DNA of 61,288 nt, filler included, from Sphacelaria rigidula (taxonomy: Eukaryota): the NCBI GenBank assembly GCA_964200075.2. It is 3 parts of 3 records of this genome, joined end to end, with 100 filler letters (N's around TTAATTAATTAA, not from the genome) between each part and the next. Parts side by side here need not be neighbours in the genome. Positions count along the whole stretch, not along the records: positions 1 to 20,363 come from CAXNAA020000541.1; positions 20,464 to 40,826 come from CAXNAA020000542.1; 1 more part is not named here. One strand, written 5' to 3'. Below are positions 12,851 through 36,645 of this stretch, piece after piece (the stretch's first letter is position 1; each line of letters opens with the position of its first letter). A model generated the notes under the pieces. That model had not been told where the DNA came from. It saw only the letters and a program-made list of their open reading frames with translations, and ran no database searches. Position numbers and translations under genes: made by a program.

Positions 12851-14999
12851 CGCATATTAGTCTGTTATCGTGTCGCCTCAGATCCGTTGATGAGTGCGGC
12901 TCTATATTTGCAATTAGGGTATACTTAGACCCAAGACTGCAGGTATGTTTAGAGTTGGTCAGGTACGAGTATGAACTTGTATATGGTAGAGATGGTGACG
13001 GCTAGATTTGTACGATATCAAATCCAGCCCCATCCATCCCACCACCCACACTAACATCTACTGCTCTCTCTCAGCAAGAAGTCTACCATCGGTGAGACTG
13101 ACATACTGAGTGTGAGGTTAGATTGATTGAGTGGATACTGGGAGGTTGAGACCAAGCAATAAAGAAGGAAGATACAACTTACGCGTGAGACACTTGTTTA
13201 CTTGAGCACGTGCGTGTGACACGTTGCTTTGTTCTTTGACCTGGCTGCTCAGTTCTGAGGACTGACCCCCTTGCCTTGCATAGTGAGCCTGTGCTTGCCA
13301 TTACAGCCCCGTAACCTCATTACATGGCGTTTGACTAAGATGTCTCTTATTTTGCAATTGCGTTTCCCTTCTTGGCACCGATGTGCATCCCGCTTGTCGA
13401 GCTTCACGCGCGTAGCTCTTGTTGACCAGACTTTCCCCTCGTGGCTTTTGTTACAGGTAGTCAAACCTATCCCGTTGTTTCACAGCCTGATGGTCAGCTC
13501 TTAGTCACTGTGTAACGTTTCCCCTGTGTATCGCACCATGATAGTACTCGTGACTTGCGATTCGTGCTGCTTCCTGCTTGCTGCAGCGCTTGACTGCACA
13601 CCTTATGCCACGCTGAGCCAGCGCGCATCGCACGCCAGCTCCGCCTTGCTCTGTTTTTGTGGATTTTTGTGACATACACACCTGCACGTTGCACTGTGGT
13701 ACGTGCTGCCTACATAACGTGACCTCCCCTGGTCGTTCAGTACAGCACGGTCACATGCCCAGCCATCCCGGGCTCGCGTATTGGGTCTTGTTGCCCCCTC
13801 TTTTCTGACAGGTCAACTTTTCTACTCCAGTTTTGTTACAGAACAACGCTGCACAGGGTGCATCGTTGCTCATAGCCACCTGCTGTTTTTGACTTGAGCC
13901 GCGGCCAAGCCAGCCATCTGCCGCTTTCACGTTTCAGTATCAATTGTACACGGCTGTTGCATATTTTGTTCACGGGTCGTTGGGTAATACAACCCGTGCT
14001 TCCCCAACAGATGACCACGGACATCTGTACACGAGATTTGTACCCTTTCTGGCACTTTCGCTGCGTCGCGATATACATCACTCGTAGCTAGTTTGTTGTT
14101 GTTGTTCTCCTCTTGTGTACTTCGCACAGCTGTAAAGCAGCCCTGTACACCACCGTGGTAATTAGCAATACACAGCCCAACGGACTGTGAGGTTTTCTCA
14201 TTGACCCCCTCTCGGCCAAAGGAATAATTAATTGTTCCGAGACCGTTTCGTAGCGATAATACTCGCTTGTAACATCCCAGACCTACCTTACGTGCTCACT
14301 TGGAGCACACGGCACTCAAAACCAGTGCCCCTTGGCTGTGTACCACTTTTCCGGAACACGCCCTCAGCATTGCCCTTGCTGCGCACTACTTTAACTTGGT
14401 TCACATACATACGTTGCCCCAACTCCGTTGTGTAACAAGCCTTCATGCTGCACTACGCAGCCCGATCTTACGGTTTCCATCCCCAGCTTTGTAGAAGCTT
14501 TTGTGCTGTCCTACGCCGCACGGCTCTTCGGTACTCATCTACATTGTTTCTCTAAACACCGCCAGTCGTTTCTCAGCTTGTGCAGGGATAGTACAGTTAT
14601 AGTCTGCACTTGACGCCGCCACCGGAGCACACGTAAGTTGTACCACGTTCAGGTAACAGGCGCTTATACAGCCAATTGGATTTGTGCATTTTCGACGCCG
14701 TGCGTCTGTTCTGTGCGCGATCGCGAGCTCCCTTTGCTAGCTATCACCGCCTCGATTCGGATAGTTGTATTAGACCAGACCTCTGACATCGTTACGTACA
14801 GCAATTAGCTTGACTAACAATACTCGAGTTCATCAGTTTCCCAACGAAGGCCACTCCAAGCGCTATTACGCTTCATTATCCCGTAAGTATGGACACTAGC
14901 TTCGACCCTTGCACCTGGCATTGCTTGGCGTCACGCTCCTTTGGTTAGAGCCCGACCACAGCTCACTGCTCCCACTTTTGCTAAGCACACAAGTTGCCT

Positions 15000-17900
15000 A
15001 CGACTCTCATAGCACACAGAAATAACGCTGGCTCTTACCCTCAATTGGGAAACCAATCGTTTCGTCGGACAGGAAGCCAAACCACTGGCGGTTCGAAATC
15101 TTTTGATATGATTGTCACGTCACCTTCAATTATTCGACGCACGTACGCAAGCGCTGGTCGATCTTCGAGATCTGAAGACCAACCTACGAGCGATACTCGT
15201 TCTTCGGGGCTTGTAGAAGAGACTAATGACGCCGCGACCTGTTCTCTCCAGTACCAATTCGGACTCAGAGAACAGGACTGTACCACCGGCCGAGTCATCA
15301 TGTCAGTGGACCCATAACGGTGGATTCCGTAGCACCCCCGTCGCTGCGGCCTGTTCTTCCGAATCCCAATGTGGAATCCTAAGACAGGGTTGTGCCCCCA
15401 GCCGAGTCGTTGCCCCTGAACGCACGTGCCCAGCTTGGCCCTGCAACGGTTGCTTCAACCGTGGCACCCCGTCGAACGACGGTTGACAACTCTCGAGATG
15501 ACTCAGCCCCGACGAAGCGTATCGCTTCTGGAGCAAAAGATTTTGTCGCGCGAGCTGCTTCCGTTATAAACCCCAAACTCACGACTCTCGGCAGTCCAAT
15601 GCGCTCCGCTCCACAGTCCAGTGTCGGCCCAGCAGTCGCGGCCATGCATGCTGCCCTGCAGAATATGCATCGCCCTTCATCGGCGTCGGCGCACACGCCA
15701 GTCTCAGCTCTAATCGCGGCATTCACGGCTTCATGTCCGGCCACGCTTCAAGACCAATCGGCGTCTGCTCACGTGCAATTCAACGATGATTCTGCACCTG
15801 TCACGCCCAAACCCGTAAGTTCGGCGCCCCGATCGGCGACACCGCGTTCTCCGTTCGTCTCCCATAACAAATCTAACGAACACGAGTCAAGCCCCTCCTC
15901 TACTTCAAACAGAAGTCTTTCTCGCGCTCCTGAACGGCGCCGCACACCGACAGTTGGTCACGACCACGTCACCCGTCACCCGTACTGGCAGTTACAAGGA
16001 CAACTCCCAGCACAGCGTGAATTCATCGCGCGTTTTCACACGCCCGACGAATGTCGCTCATGGTCGCACATATGAAGGTAGTTCACGCAACAGTTCCAAT
16101 TCATCGCGCGCTCCAAAGCGCCCGATGAATGCCGACCGTGACCGTACTCACGAGGATAATTTGCGGCACAGATCAAGTTCATCGCGCGTTCACTCGCGCT
16201 CGAAGAGCACCGATCATGCAACCGCGCGCCCCTCCTGCTCCGCATCAGTCACGCCGCCGTCATTTACGCAACAATAATACTGTACATGCTGACGGCATCC
16301 AAAATATATTTTCTGACACGTAACCGGCTCTGGAATCCTCAATTGAGGGATCCAGCCGCAACTCATCGCACAACCGACGATCCCGCAATGACCGCGATCC
16401 CCCGTCCCGCTCTGATGCCGCGACCATTCGCTCCCTAAAACAACGACTGACGGATTTCGAGCGAGAACTGACAAAGTCCAGAGGGGAGAACAAGGGAGTC
16501 ACCACCGCCAAGACGGCCACGACCGCCGGGGAACATACAGGAGTTGCCGCCACTGCTGCTGCCGCCGCCACTGCCGCTGGCGCCCCTGCTGCCATGACCG
16601 CTGCGCCTCCTGCCACGACCACTACAGTCAAGGCTCCCACGACCGTTGTCGCCCCGTCTGCCGTCGATACAGACGCTGATAGTGGCCCAACCACCAGTCC
16701 TGTCACGGATGCCCCCGTGCCCCCGCCCCAGTCTGTGGAGGATCTCCCTCCGCTAGGCGACGAGCGCTGCCCGACCGGCCTCCTCTTGAGGCTATTCAGA
16801 AACCGCCCCCGTGCGGAACAGTCACTCATCGAAGATTATGCCTCACAAGCGCCAGCGCTGGCCAAGGACATAATCAAGCAACAACGGAAGGCAGACGCCG
16901 CTGCTGCACGCCTCCTTGCTGAAGAACACGCGGACAAGCACAGAGGCCTTCAGCACCAGGCTTCACGCGCTCAGACCACGAATTCCACGGCTCAACGCGC
17001 CCTGGATGAGGGTCGCACTGCTGCTGTGGCGGCCCAGAGGCGCGTATGGGATTTCGAGGACCATGTCCGACGGACCGCCCACGAAGCGGCCACGTCGGTG
17101 GCCCGCCTGACTAACCATCAAGCCTCTCCACCGTCCACCGGCAACCCGCTCGGTGGTTGCTCTTCCCGCCAGCCCACAACCGACACGTCGGCTGAAGTTA
17201 TTCCACGTAAGTCCGACCACCCGTCGTATGCTGTGGCCGCTGCCGTCCCCAAGACGGCCCCAACACCCGCGCTTCGTGCAGCTAGCTCGGCGGCCAATGC
17301 CAGCCCGACACCCGGACTGCGCCTCGCCACCCACGAACGAACGTGACTTTCTCGTTCCGCGGCCGATTTTACGGGCCCGTTCGCTAGATACATTTACCTA
17401 CGCTGCTCCCGCTAAGCTTGGAACTTGGTGTCACAACACCCTCACCACGTTATTGGTCTTTACCTGGACCAGGGGGAATTCTTCCCCGACAAAGGCGTAC
17501 CGTCCCTCACCTTGGGCCAAATTGTTCTGCACATGACCGTCGGCGACAACCCTGCTCACCAGCATTACGGCGAAACTGTCACAAATCTTTTTGCGGCGCT
17601 CCGTGCCGCATACCCCTCGAATCTCGGCGCCACCACCACCGATGATGACGAGGATGACGATGGTTGGACTGCCACGAGTGCCAACTGCAGAGTCAAGAAC
17701 AAGAACCGCCGGCGGGATGACGACGAAAACTATGGAGGAGGCTCACGCCGCCGCCGGCGGAGGATCCTCGGGCGGTTCCGGATCGAACCGCCCGATCCAC
17801 AATAACCGCGGCCCGACTTGGAAGACAACAGGAGACAATTCTCCCGGATCTTCCGCGCCAGGTTGGAACCGGTCTAGCACAGACCTGCCCCCCTCGGGTT

Positions 17901-20363
17901 CGGTGACACCCAGGCAGGTGATACCTAAGTTGGCCGATGTTCCGGGTCGCATTTTGGGTTTATCTGATTTGGACACACCAGACCGTCCATTGACTTCTAC
18001 TGCAGCCCGCGCTTTAGCAACCGCTGCGGCCGACAAAGAACATTCCGAAGCTATTCAAAAAGCAGGCTCCGATAGAGTCGAGTCTGCCCGAGTAGCTGCA
18101 ATACAGAGACAGTATATCCAGATGGACGTGAAAAAGCTTTGGCATATCAAAAACATGACTGCTACGGACAACGAGAATTTAGGACAGTTTACTTCTGCCC
18201 TCATCACATCCATTCGCCGAACCTTTTGTAATATCCTTCACTTGGCGGATGCAACTGGCGTCCAACGCTTTGAAGATTCCACTTGGGTGGACGGCTGGCA
18301 GCCTCCGCTGCACAAAGCATTGCATCGATCCATCCGCCGCCGCTCTCCTGACATCGCTGCTTCTTCAACACAGATTCTCGACGGCTTCCTCACCGAAATG
18401 AATCTGACTCGTGCCCAGGGAAAGACAGACCCGGTATTGCTCTTTGATCTGGAGAGGCGTCTGATAGGTTATTTTGACATACGTGACCAAGCAAGCGCTA
18501 TCCAGAGGTGAAATTCTTTTGCTGTCGCATCGGATGTCCCCTTCGCGGATTATCTCCGCGAATATAAGCATTTGGTCTATAGTACAACGGGTGTCGGACG
18601 CCAAAACGGACCGAGCGATACAATGTGTCAGACTTACCTTCGCAATAGCGTTGCTCAGCAGTATCCGGCTCTGATGCCGTCGGTGTTTCCGGGCGTCTTG
18701 GCGCATCGCGAGGTGCCTTACACCTCTGTTGATGCTGTATGATCTGCTTTTGTACACAACGAGGGTAGTCTAACGCCCGCCATACGTGGCAAACCTCCTA
18801 CGCCTCTGTGTTCACAACCTACGGTTGTGTCCTCCGCTCACGCCCAGGCGTCTGGCGACAAGTATTCGAGTTCACCTCGCGCTTCATGGACCCCCGACTC
18901 GGTCGCCGGTTCAGTTATGCATGTTCAAAGTAACAGAGATGCAATCAGCGCGAGTTTCGATGGTTGACCGTTTTCCGTGGAAACTTGGGATGATATTTAT
19001 TTGACTTCAACGACGGTATTCATTACAGATGATCTTCATTTGTGAAACCCACTTCTTTTGTCTCCTGCTCGATGCAATGCCTTCAGCAGTCATGCCAACA
19101 GTTGCATCAACCGTAGTGTTCAAGGTCACAGTATGCGCGACTGCGACAGTCCATGCATCAGTGCTTTTGATCTCATGAACTCTGAGTTAAAGGACAATGA
19201 ATCCGCATGGCGCCGATGGCAAAAACGCATGCGCGACTATCGCCCACCGAACCGAAATTATCGTAATAATTCGAATCCACGTGGCCATAATAGCTCTTAT
19301 CGCGGCCGTCGACGGAACGACAATAGTTTAACCCCTCGCCAGAACGATCATCATTCTCGCGACAACAAACGATCCCCTGATAGCTATCAGCGGACGGAAC
19401 CGACACACAACTCAAACCCTAATACCAGAAACCCTGGTACCTTCACTACGGATGGCGTAGATCCATGACGTGCTGTCGCCGGCGTTCTACGGTCTTCCTC
19501 GCCGCCGACAGCAGTAGCGAAGATTTTTTCAACACAGCCCGCGGGGTTCGTGACAAAGATTGTTCACCCGGCTCCCCCGGCACGATGCAGGGACGTTACA
19601 AACTGCCGTTCAAATCGACCCCCGTCTTCAACCTCCACACACTTTTCAACACAGCCCGCAGAGCCCGCGACTAGGATTGTCCGCCCGGCTCCCCCGGCAC
19701 TATGCAGGAGCGCAACTGACGGCCGTTCATATCGACCCCCGTCTTCACCCCTCAACACACACCGCGTAACAGTTGTGTCACCCCGCGACTCAGACCTACA
19801 CCCGGCCCTGAACGTGGTCATTCAGTGCCGAGTATAAGTCTGAGGTGTGGAAGGACCAACCGCCACTCCCTGAGGCAAAGGCTTCCCTCAGCGACCGCAC
19901 GCACAGGTAGTAGCAAGCTTTTTTCAACTGATACAAGTCTTGCTGATTTGAACTTGACCAAATCAGATCATGTCTTTCCCAATCAGTTAGGTCGAGCCCC
20001 TTTCCTGCGATTGTCAACACGCACGGAACTACGTTCGGCCGGTTCAAATAACAACCGCCCCAACATACCTTCGGCTATGACCCAACAGCCAAAGCAGCCC
20101 ACACGTTTCGCTCCGTCATACCCCGATGCTGACCCCATCCACCCGACTGGACGCAGTTGTGGTTTCATCCCGAAATGGTTTGGAAGTTCCCCGACCTTTG
20201 TCACGGCGAAAGAGAAAGCCCCGTAAGCATGCCCCCAAGAACCCGCGCGCATCATCACGTTTACCTCTTTCGAGCGACGGATCCTACGATAGGGGGGGGG
20301 GGGTATTTGGTTGCACGAAAAAAGAGGCTCATAAGTGTGTCAGACATCCTTCCACACTTGCGT
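15000..20363 (+). mobile_element. Degenerate gag-like retroelement lacking recognisable pol
   Basis: Chain of broken plus-strand ORFs (15392-16075, 16594-17346, 17425-17805, 17591-18511 reading through TGA to ~18770, 19058-19468). Degenerate knuckle CINRSVQGHSMRDC and R/N-rich tail. A pure purine tract A+G12 at 20291-20303 is followed by TATTTGG (LTR-start-like) just before the contig end. The left boundary is uncertain. Confidence 0.55.
19526..19760. repeat. 117-bp tandem repeat x2
   Basis: TTTTCAACACAGCCCGC...ATCGACCCCCGTCTTCA..ACACAC at 19526 and 19643. Confidence 0.9.
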
Positions 20364-20463
20364 NNNNNNNNNNNNNNNNNNNNNNNNNNNNNNNNNNNNN
20401 NNNNNNNTTAATTAATTAANNNNNNNNNNNNNNNNNNNNNNNNNNNNNNNNNNNNNNNNNNNN
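20364..20463. other. Artificial contig spacer (44N + TTAATTAATTAA + 44N)
   Basis: Exactly 100 bp, with a linker that has stops in all six frames. Identical to 40827-40926. Confidence 0.98.
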
Positions 20464-20527
20464 ATCGAACCCCACAACTCAACCACCAGAAGGTTACGAG
20501 GTTACCAACTGAGCCACCGGGGCGACC
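20464..20527 (-). mobile_element. tRNA-derived SINE 5' head (truncated by contig end)
   Basis: rc = GGTCGCCCCGGTGGCTCAGTTGGTAACC...GGGGTTCGAT, with A and B boxes. Same head as the copy at 50070. Confidence 0.8.
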
Positions 20528-20631
20528 AGTGGGGGATCCGTCATCTTGTCCCTTGAAGTGCGGTGCCGACCCTGGTCTGATTAAAATTGCTTGACCCAAG
20601 TCAGATCAGCTGTACTACGATCAAACAACTT

Positions 20632-20803
20632 CACACCCTGTACAACATACGGTTATTAGATGCAATAAGCAAGAAGTGTACTGGATAAAGAAAAGGCATA
20701 TTGCAACTGTTGACGGCCGACTGCAGTTGCAACAGGCCTATACTTTTCCCAGAACACTTTTTCGTGTATTGCATCTGATGACCACTTTTTTGTCCAGGGT
20801 GTG
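20632..20803. mobile_element. Fold-back MITE family B (~170 bp)
   Basis: CACACCCTGTACAA / TTGTCCAGGGTGTG termini, internal TTGCAACT..AGTTGCAA symmetry. Homologous to 30058-30226. Confidence 0.8.
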
Positions 20804-21445
20804 GACAACTTGTACTTCGCGATAGTAGTGTGCAGCATCCCTCTGTAGTGTGGCCACGCCTGACTCGAAACCCACCATACTTTTGTGAAACTACACCCTC
20901 ACTACTGCACCGATATTCCCTGACCGCTTCGGTGAGGACGTTGCACACTTAGAGTCAGTCTCACGGTGCTGTTGCTACTCCGCTGGTGGCAATCTACACT
21001 CTGATATCAGCACAAAATAAAATGCTGTGTGGAGAAGTTGTGAGCGTGTTGCCGAGTGAATATCTCACTCCGCGTGTGGACTCTTTGTCAAACAATGTGG
21101 CGGCACAGCGTCGTTTTGGATTTTTTTAGCGTGTTTCCCAAAAAGTTGTGACCATCCCCATTGACCGTACCCACGAAAGCCCGAAGACTTCATCCATCGG
21201 GCCGCCAAAGTAGTGGAGTGGATAATCGCTTCAGTACGGTACCGTTAGTATACAGGTTCGCTAGATATGTATACTGACACAACTAACTAGTGGCGAAGCC
21301 GTGATTGCGTACAAGAATACCTCTCTTGTCGATGTATACTGGACGAGTGACGGGGGATTTTACCCCGTAGGCGCGGTAGATGAGTGTACAGCCTGCCGTG
21401 GAGAGCCCTACGACAAGGCCATCGGGAGGACTGGATCAACGGTAG

Positions 21446-33303
<11,858 letters not shown>

Positions 33304-34304
33304 CATCACCAGCGATCGACAGCTGTCCTACCGTACCGCAAATAGTCTTCGTTTTTGTGTGAATGGGTTTGCCGCTCGCGATCTGAGTGTAACACAATCA
33401 ACATTTTTCCTGGAAGAAAAGCGTTATGATGAGGGACGGTGCAAAGCACGCGCGAACCAGCGCGGAACCGCACACACACAAGACGGGGGGAAACACGGTA
33501 AAGGCAAGCCCGATTGTCTGGCAACCGGGGATCAATTTTCATGCCGCCCCTTCCCACCCTTCCTACTAAGGGAATGAAGGTCCAGTACCTCAGTAGTGAA
33601 ACCAACAAGGGTTCAGATCCCAGTCTCAAGTCTCCCCTCCCCCGATGCTTTTTTGTCGTAAGAACGTGTTCTCGTGTAAGCATTTTCTAGTTGTCTTTTG
33701 TACAATCTACCTTCCTGGCTCGGTAGCCCGGGGCGACTCCGGGTTCCAGGGTCAGGGATGAGTTTTATTTGCTGGCTGGTGTTACAGTTGGCTCATGCGA
33801 GTCGTTTGTTTTCTCCGTTTGAGGGGTTCAGAGCGGTCGGGGTATTTTTTCCCCCAAGTGTGTCGCGCATGTACTGTAGGATGGCGTTGAAGGGAAACGG
33901 TTTTGTTCCACCCCTTATTGAAATCCGGCCTGTGCGCACCGTGATCGATTAGTTGATTTCACACAAGATGCACGTTCCCGAGAGATGTGAAAGCGGACGT
34001 CTTGAAAAAATAACTCTGGAAAGTCGAGGAGACTGAGGAAGGTGGAAACAAACAGGTGGGCCTGGGCAAGAAAACCCGATTTCAAGACGGGCGAAAACCC
34101 TGACGGACCCCTGTTAAGACTCCAGGTAGGGGGCTTGTACAAAAAGCAAGGTCGTGTAATCTGATAACCACTCGGCTACCGGAGACGAAGACTTTTGAGC
34201 AGGAGCTCACATCCGTCAGCTCTGCAGGAGCGATGCGCTAGCTAAACAGATCCGCAGACGGGGAATATCCAAGACGCGAGGTCGCTGAAATACATTCAAC
34301 ACCG

Positions 34305-34623
34305 TTTTCATGAGATCGAGAGTAGAGCGCTGATTGAGGGTGGCTTTGATCACTCGCCTTAACGCGGCCAATTTTTTATTCCGTGTGTACTTTCCCTTGC
34401 CTCTTATCACTTGCGTGAGCTTACAGCTACACGTCGATATCCTACTCGGGGATCCGAGGGCTTCAGTGGCAAGCTACTACATGAAGCACATTGGGCCCCG
34501 TGGGAGGGCATTTCGGAACTAAAACGACCCATTCACTAATTGAATTGATCGCTTGACCTATTCACTAATTGAATTAACCGCTTTTCACTCTCATTCGTTT
34601 CCTCTAGTCTTCATTTCACGAAA
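34305..34623. mobile_element. MITE family C (TIR TTTTCGTGAGATTGAGAGTAGAG), diverged copy
   Basis: TTTTCATGAGATCGAGAGTAGAG...TTTCACGAAA. Internal CCTACTC.GGG..GCTTCAGTGGCAAGCTAC is shared with the 55500, 56769 and 59121 copies. Confidence 0.85.
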
Positions 34624-36645
34624 TGCTGCTATTTAAAGGCGAAGCAGCTCCGTGTAGAAGTCGTGCTTTGATATTCCACCCCCATGAGTCGAAGATGAAG
34701 GATTTTCCTAACAATTCTAACCTCAAAAAACAATTGTTCACCCCTACCGCAGCATCACTCAGTGCTGCCTCAAAATGTCCCCATTTCGCCACATACGACG
34801 CACTCTTCCTCTCGGCGAATGCCCCTATTGCTGGGCCTGCTTGGGCAGACGTCCCAAACTACGAGCGGCATGAGCTACTGTAAAAAACACCCTACTGGTG
34901 CACAAGTCCGTCTTCGAGCTGTCTGGAACATGACCTCAACCCTTACACCGCGCGGGTGGTGCGTCTGGATCGTACATAACGTTTTTGAGTGAACTTGATG
35001 CCTTTTCAACAGATGGACTCTCGTCGTCACGGGACAGCACGAAGCACTGGTCGTTGGTTGCAGTCAAGCAAAACACAATATTTCACTCTCCTGACTGTGG
35101 GATGTGCATGATCGTTGTCATGCACAATACTAGCTAAGCACTTCCGTGGAGAAAAATGTTTCGTATGCCGAGCTTTCCACCCTCGCCTCTGGGCAAACGT
35201 CACGTTTTACGCCCGTGGGGAAAAGGAGGCCACCTAAAGGCCACCTAGAACCGACTTTGGACCAAATACGTTCTGGACGAGCTGGGTCTGTTGCTCACCT
35301 GCGAGCACCTGCCCCACACAATGAATTCTCTCTAAACTTTATTCTGGAATCAAGTAAAATCGAGCATCAACCATTATCTACGGACATTTCTTGAGGTGTA
35401 CTGGAGAACAGGATTTTGCCGTGTTGCAGCGACCAAAATAATTGAATCTGAAACGACCGTCGTCCTCTCATGGAATTGCGGTGAGTTTTCTTCGGCTTCG
35501 TCCTCCTGCTGCACGTTTCCATGTCTAGCCTCGCACAGGCTGCAATAAAGCATCTCCCGGTGACACCGAAAGCTGATTGAAAGGGAGCTTTTTATGATAC
35601 CAAGGCCGCTACAGCACAAGGTGGACTCTATGAGCTAGAATTGGCCGGTGCCGGTCGACGATGATATCTATGTTCTCCACGACACATGAGATGCGCTGCT
35701 GTTGTCTCGATCACATACAATTATTCATGATCCTGGAAGAACATGCACCGCAAGTTGTGCGGCCGTATCCTTCTAGAAACTAACGCACTACGCCACGAGC
35801 CGTGAGTTGGTGGCACCGGTTCTTGGTTCATCCAAACATCCTAGATATGTTGGAATATAGTCAAGGTCAAGGCAAAAGTAGCGATGCCAGGTTTTTCAAG
35901 CAGCCCTGCTTTCCCCATACAGCACCGGCTGCATCAGAGTACAGAGCGATGCAATGAAGTGAAGGAGTACTGAAAACGCCATCCGTGTGGACGGTCGTTG
36001 TTCATCTACACTGCTAAGTGATCTGTTATGCTCTTGTCTAGGGCGCCGACCGGTGACACCAATCCAGTGTTAGTATGCGGCATCATTGCACTACCAAGAC
36101 TCCCCAGCAGGCTATTCGAGTCGTTCGCGGCTAGTGATTTGGTGTGCTCTCGAGCGGTACGAAGTGTGCAACAGTGAGATACCGCTATACTCACGACAGC
36201 GTACGTGGCACCACCGCATAGAGCGCGGCGTCCACGGATACTGGGATAGATCGGGGCATGAGCTACATTGTCCCGAATTCATGTTATCGACAGCATTTGG
36301 CCCTGAAAAACGAGTTGCTTTCGTCACGAAAGTGCCAGCATTGATCGCTCTCTCTGCCTAATAACCGACCTCGATTGTTGTGCGTGCGACATTCTGCGAC
36401 GTAGCCACCTCGGGAATGGCGGAAGACATACGCAAGCCAACCCGCTTACAAGGCGGTCACGGTGATTCAGAAGGTACGCGGTGTGTGTGCACGGCGCGTT
36501 CGTAGAGAACATCAGACTAGAAGCTAATAAGTACAGATCAAGAAAAGGGCGATGCAGGAGCGACTTCACTAAGACCTCGTTTGTGCTTTACCTTGAGGTA
36601 TGTGTCCAGAGAGATTTTTGATGAAATTCGAACCTAGCAGTGTAG

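Noticed and set aside
20408..20419. TTAATTAATTAA as a biological site (e.g. piggyBac/Kolobok target)
   Set aside because: It is centred in N-runs, twice with identical layout; an assembly linker.
36405..36473. Possible upstream exon PPREWRKTYASQPAYKAVTVIQK (IQ-like) for the zinc-finger gene, plus candidates near 35411-35480
   Set aside because: Splice sites are plausible but weak and there is no homology support, so they were left out of the model.
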